A stretch of 14,144 bases of DNA from Azolla caroliniana (GCA_043228905.1 JBHGNT010000895.1:1-14144); one strand, 5' to 3'. Positions 1 through 9,069 are shown, numbered from the stretch's first letter. Made by a program: numbers and translations. The notes: a model not told the origin generated them from the letters alone.

Positions 1-484
1 GCTTGTGTCCGATTCTAATTCTTAGCCTTTGGTGGATCATATACTTCTTGCTCGCGCTTGCTCTAGTGCTCCCTACTAAATCCTCTCTCTGTCCTCGACT
101 CCATTTGTCCCTCGATCTCCTCCTCTACGGTCGGTCTCCTTGCACTTGGTTTTGTCCTTAACCTCTCAACATTACTCATCTGGCCGGGCCGATCTTCAAC
201 TTACCTGTTGCAATTATTAGTTCTGCTCTCTTCTGCTCGGTCGCTTGTCGTAGTCCCATGGTTGACCTTAGTGCTTCGAACGTTGTTCTGGGAGTGGCTT
301 CGTCACGCAATCGATAATGTTCACCTCGGTATCTATCTTTCAAACTTCTAGCTTCTTCTATGTTACTAGTTCTCGGATATGATGAAACCACATCTCAATA
401 TGTTTCGTCTTCGCATGATAGACTGGATTCCGAATGAGGTGTATTGCGCTCTTTGAGCTGCAATAGATGGTCAACGCTGGATGG

Positions 485-880
485 TGTCACGAACAAGTAT
501 AATAGAGTAGAGCGAAGACAAGACTAGAAAACAAGAGAGAGGAAAAGAATAAGAACTCAACTTATAGAATCTGTAACTGGTGTTGTTCACTTTGATTAGA
601 ATCAAGGTGCGCATGAGTATTTATACAAGAAGGTAGGGCTATGTAAGCCAACTAGAAATAGGGTATGCACGAGGATGCATGCAATAGAGAATGCATGAGA
701 ATGTGTGCAAGCTAGAAATGAGGATGCATGCAAGTTAGGAACTTCCAATGTTCAATCTATGCTACATGAGTTGGATTGGTATAAGGATATATGTGTAGCT
801 CAATTGGTAAGGTTGCTCAATAGAGACCATGAGATCTTGGGTTCAATCCCTACCTTCGTTCGTGGCATATGTTTATGATA
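485..880 (-). mobile_element. Solo LTR, 396 bp, with 5-bp TSD GATGG
   Basis: It begins TGTCACGAA. It ends TTTATGATA, which is the expected TTCGTGACA with three transitions. GATGG lies at 480-484 and 881-885, and removal rejoins the RNase H remnant. Orientation is inferred from TATAAATA on the minus strand at 618-625. Confidence 0.85.
789..860 (+). promoter_or_regulatory. tRNA-like Pol III internal promoter (A box + B box) inside the solo LTR
   Basis: TAGCTCAATTGG at 796-807 fits the A box and GGTTCAATCCC at 840-850 fits the B box. T796 to G841 is 45 nt, the T8-G53 spacing of a class I tRNA. The acceptor and anticodon stems do not pair well. Confidence 0.75.
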
Positions 881-924
881 GATGGTTGATTCAGCTTCTT
901 ACCAAAGATAGGCCCACAATTGGT

Positions 925-1015
925 GCAACCATATTACTTTCTTAGTTGGTTCCAAATGTACTCGACGCAACCATATTACTTCCTTCGTTGGTTCTGATGC
1001 GGTAATGTACTCGGC
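925..1015. repeat. Short tandem duplication in the RNase H remnant
   Basis: GCAACCATATTACTTyCTTmGTTGGTTC...AATGTACTCGrC occurs at 925-966 and 967-1015. It shows in the protein as EPTKEVIWL...EPTKKVIWL. Confidence 0.9.
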
Positions 1016-1123
1016 CTCTATGGTCGACAGGGTCGTGCACTTTTGAAGTTTTGACCTCCAAGATATGGCGCCGCCGCCATAGGTGAATATATATCCCAAT
1101 GTCGACTTCCTATGGTCTAGATT

Positions 1124-1426
1124 CAAGAAGAATTCAAGACACCCAATACTTTAACTAATAGACTTATATTAAAACTTATAGTAATACAGAGCGATGTTGT
1201 TACAATGCTCTAGGAGTCTCGACCCCTTTTTATAGACGGTCTAAGAGACTTCATCAAGATCCTATAGTTACAACTAACTATTATATATATTTTCTACTTG
1301 GCAATAATATTTGTTCTGGACTCTCTATTTCATACTTGTTCTTCGTCCGACTCCGACTACCTTTTTTGATTACCTAGTTTCGACTATCACTATGCTAGTT
1401 TGGTCAGTCAGCCTGACCAGTTAACA
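1124..1426 (-). mobile_element. Truncated LTR copy of the gypsy-type element (homologous to 9301-9658)
   Basis: CAAGAAGAATTCAAGACACCCAATACTTTAACTAA... aligns with 9301 onward. Both copies end in TAACA (TGTTA on the minus strand). About 230 bp corresponding to 9070-9300 are missing. Confidence 0.85.
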
Positions 1427-2087
1427 CATGGCATGCCAGTGGGACAGTGCCTTGCATGGTCAAACCCACAAAAATGCCCTAGTTGTCGTCGTCCTTAAAA
1501 ATATCCAAAATATTTGGCTCATCCTATGCCGAATCCTCGTCCTCCCTAAGTCGATTATTATGTTGAAATTGTCTAATATTTTTAGGACGTATGTAATCGT
1601 CTTGGCTTTCTTGAGTGTTTGGAAACGACGATTATTTGGCCGACTATCCTCATAATATCATCGATCGTCGTGTTGGTTTATGTTGTAACGAGGTGAATAA
1701 TCACGCTTGTAACGATTCCAACTACCTCTTCCGTAGTGTTCTTGTCACTCCATCCTTCGATAATCATTATGATAATCATATCATTGATAGCTGTCTTGGT
1801 GCCATCGATCCTTCTTTGATCAATACCGATCGTCATATCTGGGTCGATTGACCTCCTTAAAGCGATTCGAATGAGTTATTTAGTCATCTACCTGAATGCG
1901 CGCTTCCTATGGCTCTATTTATCGGACTGGAACCACAACCTTGTTTAGTAGATTATATTTGCGCTGATCAATAGTGTGCCCTTTTGAGTGGTTGATTGGG
2001 CAATATGCCTTTAATGTGCACTCTATTGTGGAATGCCCCGGGTTCAAGCAAGTAGTGCACTGAAACGCTTGACGAAATCGTAATTCT
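1427..2087 (-). pseudogene. C-terminal part of the gypsy-type gag with tandem zinc knuckles
   Basis: Joining across the ATTCT TSD gives EELRFRQAFQ-CTTCLNPGHSTIEC (2059-2018, intact CX2CX4HX4C)-TLKAY-CPINHSKGHTIDQR (2002-1961, degenerate knuckle). An R/D/Y-rich tail with many stops follows. Confidence 0.8.
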
Positions 2088-2325
2088 TGTGGAAAATATT
2101 AAGCAAAAATTAAAAAATTAATATATATTATTAGTTAATAGTTCTTATGAATCATGAAGGAAACCGTAACTGTATTGGTGGTGGTCTTATAAAGCCACCA
2201 CCAAAGTTGTAACTATTTAGGGCGTTTTAATATAATAAACGATTTACAGTTTCCCTCATCTCTCTCTCTCTCTCTCTCTCTTCTTTCTATCTCTCTTTCT
2301 TCTCTCTTTCTCTTCTTTCCCTACA
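2088..2325 (+). repeat. 5' LTR (238 bp)
   Basis: TGTGGAAAAT...CCCTACA is a direct repeat of 7727-7970 and contains a (CT)n tract. Confidence 0.97.
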
Positions 2326-2338
2326 TGGTATTAGAGCC
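2326..2338 (+). promoter_or_regulatory. Primer binding site, initiator tRNA-Met type
   Basis: TGGTATTAGAGCC directly follows the LTR and differs from the canonical TGGTATCAGAGCC by one C>T. Confidence 0.93.
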
Positions 2339-5300
2339 AAACGATCTGTAACCTATAGTCTATGCCTTTCTTAAATCACAAAACACATGCCCCCATCCTA
2401 ATTTAACTTTCATGCCCATACGAAAATAATCATATTCATAGTGTCCAAGATCGTCAAGTAACGAAAGACAATTTTGTGTTTGCCGTGTGTTGATCCGGAC
2501 AACCCTCTGCAATAATGGCACAATCTATGTCGTCATCGCAACTCAACATGCGAAAATTCACGATCGAGAAATTATCGGACACAAATTATCGAATTTTGAA
2601 GGCAAGGTTAGAATTACTTTTTAAATATAATAAAGTATGGGACATAATTTCAGGATTGTCAACAAAACTTGAAAAAGGCGAAGAACTTGAAGAATATGAT
2701 GAAAAGAACTTGTGTGCAAGAATGGAAATTCTAATGCACGTAAGTGATGGTATCGGAGAAACATTGTGAAAAATGGAGACAACAAATGAAATGTGGAAAC
2801 ATTTACAAACTATCTACGAGCCGAAAAACGATTCCCAACAAGTGCATACACTTCAAGCGCTTGTTAATTACAAAATGAATGATGAACAACCGGTTGGTGA
2901 ATTTCTATTAATATGGCAAGAGAAATTAGATGATGTGTTAACTTCTGGATTAGAAATCCATGATAAATTACAAAAGATTCTCCTTCTTGGTGCTCTTCCT
3001 CACTCGTGGTCCACTTTTAGAACCACCCAAAACTCGATAAATTGTCCAACGCTAATTGATCTTCTTGCAAACACTAGATAGGAGGAAACAATGCGTTCAC
3101 GAAGGTCTTCAAATTCAACTCCAAGTGTGGCAATGGTAGCATACAAGAACAAAAGGTTCACCCAAAGAGGAGAAAGCTCGAAGCCGTGGATAAAGAAAGA
3201 TCAAAACACAAAACAAGGAGGAATGCGGTTCAACAATACCTATTGTAAAATATGCAAACGTACAAATCATGCAACCAAAGATTGTCGCGCAAAGTCAAAT
3301 TTCAAGAGTTATCAACCATGGACACGTGTACAAGCCCATCTTGTTGAAGAAGAGATGGATGATGAAAAAGTCATAGGAGATGGATATCAAAATGGCGACA
3401 AGTATGACGACGTCCTTCAAGCATTCATTGCCGAATCACTTTCCGTGACGTTTCCAAACCCAAGTAATGTAAATGACATATGGTATCTCGACACTGGTGC
3501 TACTAACCACTTAACTAATAGAAAATATTGGTTATGTAACTATAAGGATGTTGAACCTCCTATCATTGTAAGATTTGGAAATAATGGGACTAAACAAGCT
3601 ATTGGCAATGGTGATATTACATTTGAACTCACATGAGGAAGACATTTCACAATCAATGAAGTTCTCTATGTCCCCTAAGCCTCAAATGGAGAACTTATTA
3701 GAACATGTTGTAACCGAGAAGGAGGCTTATATCCCATAAAATGTATTCCTACATCTCTTATTTTAGAAGCACATCATACTACCCCAATACAATCCTCCAT
3801 AACTTTAACCAATCTTCATTCTCCTTCTTCTCTTTGGCACTTTCGTCTAGGTCATATGCATTTCAATGCTCTAAAAACACTACAATGTAATAATCTAGTC
3901 CATGGTTTGCCAAAAGAACCTTTCAAGCCCATGTCTTTGTGTGAAAGTTGTATCCTTGGGAAAATGCCCCAACAACCATTCCCAAAGCATAGATCTAGAG
4001 CCACTACCCCTCTTGCATTAGTACATAGTGATCTATGTGGACCTTTTCCAATCCCTTCTCTTAGTGGAGCCAAATATTTCATTAGCTTTATAGATGACTT
4101 TAGTCGATTTACAATCTTGCATTTTCTCAAGTACAAAAGTCAAGCTTATCAAGCATTCAAAGAATACAAGGCTCGAGTCGAAGCGCAAACATCATCAAAG
4201 ATTTAAAGTCTTCAAACTGATGGTGGTGGTGAGTATATGTCTCATGAATTTCAAAGTTTATATCAAAATGAAGGCATACATCATAGAATATCAACACCAC
4301 ACACACCACAACAAAATGGTGTATCCGAAAGGAATAATAGATCACTTCTCAATATGGCTCGAAGTATGTTACAATTTGCTCACTTATCGCCTCAAATTTG
4401 GGAGGAAGCGGTTGCACCGCTTGCTATATTCAAAATCTAGGATTTCATAGATCTTTGGGGCTCCAAACCCCTTATGAACTATGGTACGGTCACAAACCTA
4501 ACTTAAGTAACCTTTGTATTTTTTGTTGTGATGCTTATGCTTTTGTGCCAAATGTTCAAAAAAATAAGCTAGATCCAAGGGCTACAAAATCAATTTTCAT
4601 CGGATATGGAGAAGCTTCGGGATACAAGGCGTACAAGCTCTACGATCCACAAAAACGAAGAATATTCTTTAGTTGTAATGTGATATTCCACGAAAATGGG
4701 CCTTCTACAAAGGTTTCTTTTTCACTCTCTTCTAATCTACCTCCCTTATTACCTACCCCTACCCACTTACAACCATCTTCCTCAACCATCTCTAATATTA
4801 ATAGCTCTCATATTGAAGGAGCCAACATTAGCTTATCCTCTACTTCCACTATTTGTGTTGCTCTTCCATCTATTCACAAGGCAAAGATTAATCCTACTCA
4901 ACCAACTAATTCTTCTTCTCATCTTCCCTCATTCCAATCTCTAGATGATTCTCTTCCTCATACTCCTTTAAATACACATTGTTTAACTCCCTCTCCTAAT
5001 CCTTCATTCCAAGTGTCATCACCAACTTCTCCACCAAACTCTCCACCTCCAAAGTATAGATCTCTAAGTAGTATTTATGAACAACTTGATCAAATGGAAG
5101 CATATTTTGTGAACTTGGACCATGAAGCTTATATACAAGAAGAAGATATTCCAACCCTTAGTGATGACACAAATCTATCGGCCAAAGATGCACTTTCCGG
5201 ATCAGATTCTATCAAATGGAGAAAGGCTATGGAAGAAGAAATGAAGGCTTTACTTAAAAATGGTACGCGGACCCTCGTTGAGCCTCCAAAAGATTGACAA

Positions 5301-7092
5301 ATAATTGGTTCTAAATGGGTCTTACGCATAAAGCGAGATAGTAATGGCAATCCAATTCACTTCAAGGCTTGTGTAGTTGCTCGAGGATTTTCTCAAGTAC
5401 CAGTTATTGATTTTCAAGATACATTTAGTCCAACGCTAAAAATATGTGGTTTTCGAATGCTCGTTGCTCTTGCCGCGCAAATGATCTAGAATTGCATCAC
5501 TTGGATGTACAAATGGCTTTTCTTCATGGAGATTTAGATGAAGAACTTTATCTACAACAACCACAATTTTTTGAAGATCCAAGTCATCCGACACATGTTT
5601 GTCGACTTCGTAAATCTATTTACGACCTTAAGCAATCTCCACGCATATGGTATCACAAACTACACTCTTTTCTTATAAAAATTGGATATCATCGTCTAAA
5701 CAATGAGCCAAATATCTATGTTAGAAAAGCCAAATCCAATTTTGTTATCATAGGTGTCTATGTTGATGATTTGCCCTTGATCTCTACCTCTAAATCTTAT
5801 CTAACTATTGCAAAGAAGGAACTTGCATATGTCTTTTCTATCACTGATTTAGGCCCTATGACCCATTTTCTAGGCATCAAAATAACGCAAAATAGAACAA
5901 ATCATACTATCTCATTATCACAATCAAATTATATTAATTCTATCCTCCAAAGATTTGATATGCTTCATAGTAAGCCTATTAGTACTCCTCTTACCTCTCC
6001 ATGTAAACTTTCAAATGATGATTCTCCCAAAAATGAATGAGAAATTTTCGAAATGAAGGATGTACCCTATAAACAAATCCTTGGGTGTATAAGATATCTA
6101 GTAAGTGGCACACGTCTCGATATTTTCTTTGCCGCCAGTTTTCTTTCTCGTTTCATGGCTAATCCAGGACCAAAGCATTGGATCGTGCTCAAAAGATTAC
6201 TACAATACTTGAAGTATACTCAACATTATGCGTTGACTTACTCCGCCACACAATCTGAGTCAACCACACTTGTGCAAGGATGGACAAATCCCTCTAAGCC
6301 AACTAATTGGTTCGTCAGACTCGGATTGGGGGGGAGATGTGGACGATCGCAAGTCAATAGGTGGATATGTTTACACACTAGCTGGCGCTGCAATTTCGTG
6401 GAAGTCAAAGAAACAAACTACCGTAGCATTGTCATCCACCGAAGCTGAATATGTTGCCGCGACTTTAGTGGCTAAGGAAGGCATATGGATTAAAGCTATG
6501 CTCGAAGAATTTAAACTATTTACTATTCCAACAGTGACTTTGTTTTGCGATAATCAATCTTGCATCAAGTTAACCAACAATCCGAAGATGAGCGACAATA
6601 TACGTCACGTTGTCGTGCCTTACGGCTCCGGATCGTTGCGTGAGTTGGGTGGGAACCGTTGAGGTTTTGGACTAGGAGGAAAGAAAATTCTAAGGCAATT
6701 AAGAATATGAAATATATTGTAGGAAAGAAAGATATGAAAAACTCGTGAATCCCACGAGTATAGTGTATTAGTGAGTACTCAAATTAAGAGAGAAAAATAA
6801 TTAGCAAATTCGTGAATCCCACGATTATATTATATTAATCCCCTTGTAAAATAATCAACAACCTCTCTACATCTTTCTCCCTTCCTTATATAGTGTTGGA
6901 AGAGTCTAAGTTTATCACATGCAAGCATCATGCTTTTCCTATCTTTAGTTTTCATGCACACTACATGTGTATGATTAGCTTTCTATCTCATCTTTTCTTT
7001 TAACTCGAGTGTCTATGCATGAATAACTTTTTGTACCATGCATGTCTAGAAATTTGATATGGGATAAAGTTTAGTATAACTTTAAAATTCAT

Positions 7093-7163
7093 AATACCCT
7101 AGTATAATGATAAGGCTTAACATTATTAACATGGAGGTGCAAGGTTCGAATCTTGCCCTATGC
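7093..7163 (+). promoter_or_regulatory. tRNA-like Pol III promoter module inside the solo LTR
   Basis: TAGTATAATGATAAG from 7100 is a degenerate A box. GGTTCGAATC at 7143-7152 is a B box within a GCAAG...CTTGC stem. T7100 to G7144 is 44 nt. Confidence 0.65.
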
Positions 7164-7224
7164 ATGTAATATATATATATATATATATTTATACTTTCTT
7201 CTATTTACAAATATGTCTCTTCAT

Positions 7225-7461
7225 CCGGTGAGAGACTCTCACCGGCCTTCTTCATCCGGCTCTTTCCGGTTCTGCTTCATCCGGTGCTTGCTAGTTTTCT
7301 TTGTCCAGTTCTTACCGGGACCTCCTTACCGATCTCTTCGTCCGTTTCTCACCGACTCTTACCGGCCTTCTTCATCCGGCTCTTGCCGGGTCTCCTTACC
7401 AGTTTCGGTCCTTACCGGTTCCTTCTTCCGGTTCTCACCGGGTACTCCATGTCCTATCCGG
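7225..7461. repeat. CCGG-periodic, pyrimidine-rich degenerate tandem array within the solo LTR
   Basis: I count 13 CCGG plus one-off variants. GACTCTyACCGGCCTTCTTCATCCGGCTCTTkCCGG recurs at 7234 and 7354 (period 120). Confidence 0.85.
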
Positions 7462-7717
7462 AGAGACCAAAAATGTAATTTTTCACGTAGTGTGCGTATT
7501 ACACTACGACAACGTGGACTTAAAACATCATTTTCTTTGCGATCTCATTGAAACAAAGAAGATAGAGTTAAAGTTTGCTCCCACTCATCAAATGTGGGTT
7601 GATTTTCTAACGAAACCTCTTCAACATTCTAAGCACATTATTTATTGCAAGCAAGTTGGATTAATTGATGTAATCCAAGATAAAGATGAAAACCTACACT
7701 TCTAGAAATTTTCGCTT

Positions 7718-7726
7718 AGGGGGGAG
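7718..7726 (+). promoter_or_regulatory. Polypurine tract
   Basis: AGGGGGGAG immediately precedes the 3' LTR. Confidence 0.93.
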
Positions 7727-7970
7727 TGTGGAAAATATTAAGCAAAAATTAATAAATTAATAAAATTATTAGTTAATAGTTCTTATGAATACGGTTTCCT
7801 TCATGAGAAGGAAACCGTAAATGTATTGGTGGTGGTCTTATAAAGCCACCACCAACGTTGTAACTATTTAGGGCGTTTTAATATAATAAACGATTTACAG
7901 TTTCCCTCATCTCTCTCTCTCTCTCTTCTCTCTATCTCTCTTTCTTCTCTCTTTCTCTTCTTTCCCTACA
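7727..7970 (+). repeat. 3' LTR (244 bp)
   Basis: It matches 2088-2325 except for about 5 substitutions, a 1-bp indel, a 6-bp (CT)n length change and a net 13-bp insertion. It is followed by TSD ATTCT. Confidence 0.97.
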
Positions 7971-8018
7971 ATTCTTCCCGTTTCAGCAATGTCTTTTGTA
8001 ATGAAGCCATTGACATAG

Positions 8019-8080
8019 AATTTGTCTATGCTTTATCCATTGCGAACACAATTTGTCTGTGTTTTATCCATTACCAACAC
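8019..8080. repeat. 31-bp tandem duplication
   Basis: AATTTGTCTATGCTTTATCCATTGCGAACAC (8019-8049) and AATTTGTCTGTGTTTTATCCATTACCAACAC (8050-8080). Confidence 0.88.
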
Positions 8081-8160
8081 TTTGTCGATTACTTGCTCTA
8101 GAGGTACTTCTTTAAAATCGAGTACGGCCAGAGTTGTTCAAAGTGGCTCTTTGAGGGCAC

Positions 8161-8555
8161 TCAGAAAGGTTTCTTTCGAATCTTCCTGAGGAGGTGGTTG
8201 TGCAAGCTAACTCCGAAGATTTTGAAACCTTATGATGAACCTGGGAACTGAATCATGAGCTTCTTGATATTATACTATATAGAATTGGCTGATGAGTTCT
8301 CGTTATGCGACATGTCGATGAAAAAGTCTGACAAACTTGTTAGTTAATTGTTGGAGGCCGTCAGGAAGGTTTCTTTCAAATCTTCCTGAGGACGTGGTCG
8401 TGCATGCTAACTCCGAAGATTTTGAAACCTTATGATGAACTGGGGAACTGAATCATGAGCTTCTTTATATTATACTATATAGAATTGGTTGATGAGTTCC
8501 CGTTATGCGACTTGTCGATGAAAAAGTCTGACAAACTTGTCAGTTAATTGTTGGA
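8161..8555. repeat. 200-bp-period tandem duplication in gag
   Basis: 8161-8355 and 8361-8555 align without gaps, with about 12 mismatches by manual count. Confidence 0.95.
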
Positions 8556-9049
8556 ACAATTCAAATTCTCCTTGTTTATGATGTGAGTACCAATTATTGG
8601 ATTGGCCTTCCAATGACAATCCGAAATCGGCAATCTTCAACGCATCTGCATCAACCAGCGATAATCGTTGAAACACATCGTTGGCATGCCATGTAGTTAA
8701 GAACACGCGCACATGCGCTTCCACGTCAGCTTCATCATTATATTTTGAGTAAGGATATGACATTATATCCTCTAAATCTTCCACCAAATAGATTGGACAT
8801 AGGTGCAAGTCAGGCGACCCTTCGTCTGAGCTACTATCAATCGTAGTCTCCAAATCCGGAATTGTGCTCAAATACTCTTCAGCCACTTGCTGAAGTTGGT
8901 TGAATAACTGCAAATCGACTAAATCATCTTGTTACACACGTTGGGTTTCCGATCTCCTTTGTGATCGTCTACTTCCCACAAGCTGATCTTCAGTATGTCA
9001 ATCAGACGACATCAATTCTCTGTTTACTCTTTTTTCATTGACAGATTGA

Positions 9050-9062
9050 ACCGGGTTTGCCA
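9050..9062 (-). promoter_or_regulatory. Putative non-Met PBS of the gypsy-type element
   Basis: Minus-strand TGGCAAACCCGGT lies a few nt after the LTR end and about 40 nt before the gag ATG. The priming tRNA is not assigned. Confidence 0.5.
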
Positions 9063-9069
9063 AATTTTG

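Larger units (their letters stand above)
250..1123 (-). pseudogene. Ty1/copia RNase H (pol C-terminus) remnant, split by the solo LTR at 485-880
   Basis: Minus strand 1123-899 reads NLDHRKSTLGYIFTYGGGAISWRSKLQKCTTLSTIEAEY. Below 484 it resumes as LTIYCSSKSAIHLIRNPVYHAKTKHIEMWFHHIRELV*...KIDTEVNIIDCVTKPLP, then after a frameshift FEALRSTMGL. These are standard copia RNase H motifs, with stops. Confidence 0.93.
6611..7511 (-). mobile_element. Solo LTR, 901 bp, with 4-bp TSD ACGT, inserted in the copia RNase H
   Basis: The termini TGTCGT...ACGACA form a 6-bp inverted repeat. ACGT lies at 6607-6610 and 7512-7515. Removing 6611-7515 restores NIRHVDLKHHFLCDLIE. Orientation is inferred from minus-strand TATATAA at 6886-6892. 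Confidence 0.9.
2515..7705 (+). pseudogene. Copia gag-pol polyprotein, disrupted
   Basis: Gag IEKLSDTNY; zinc knuckle CKICKRTNHATKDC; protease WYLDTGATNH; integrase LWHFRLGH/CESC, VHSDLCGP, FIDDFSR, TDGGGEY, TPQQNGVSER; RT LKQSPRIW and YVDD; RNase H DSDWGGD, STEAEY, FCDNQS. In-frame stops at 2767, 3079, 3634, 4204, 5295 and 6038, frameshifts near 4415, 5445 and 6290, and an insertion at 6611-7511. Confidence 0.96.
2088..7970 (+). mobile_element. Full-length but inactivated Ty1/copia LTR retrotransposon (Ale-like by short LTRs, PBS flush with the LTR and S/P-rich IN-RT linker; lineage inferred)
   Basis: Paired TG...CA LTRs, TSD ATTCT at 2083-2087 and 7971-7975, PBS, PPT, and the gag-PR-IN-RT-RH domain order. 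Confidence 0.97.
7976..9012 (-). pseudogene. N-terminal and capsid part of a Ty3/gypsy-type (retrotransposon gag-like) gag
   Basis: The ATG at 9012 is in frame with ORF 8913-8503. DVEAHVRVF...FGLSLEGQSNNWY...FQQLTDKFVRLF...SVPQFIIRFQNL fits the gypsy-type gag capsid pattern. It has stops and internal duplications. Confidence 0.8.

Noticed and set aside
176-391. Independent 71-aa gene
   Set aside because: It is mostly an alternative frame of the RNase H remnant. Only its distal part is the frameshifted pol tail.
789-860. Functional tRNA gene (also 7093-7163)
   Set aside because: A/B boxes are present, but acceptor and anticodon stems do not form convincingly, and both lie inside TSD-bounded inserts.
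1428-1851. Plus-strand ORFs of 75 and 78 aa
   Set aside because: They are antisense shadows of the decayed gag tail with no recognisable motif.
4700-5060. Captured extensin-like host gene (S/P-rich stretch)
   Set aside because: It is in frame between integrase and RT, where low-complexity linkers are normal in copia elements.
4398-6300. Programmed frameshifting in pol
   Set aside because: The shifts fall inside conserved IN, RT and RNase H motifs and co-occur with nonsense codons, so they are decay.
7225-7461. CRISPR-like array
   Set aside because: There is no constant repeat with unique spacers of regular length, and the context is eukaryotic retroelement DNA.
7486-7515. Helitron 3' end
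   Set aside because: There is no CTRR terminus, and the insert has TG...CA ends and a TSD.
7153-7551. Novel small proteins (ORFs 7153-7551, 7284-7478 and the first part of 7301-7705)
   Set aside because: The frames are open because the CCGG array lacks stops. Only the part of 7301-7705 after 7512 is real RNase H.
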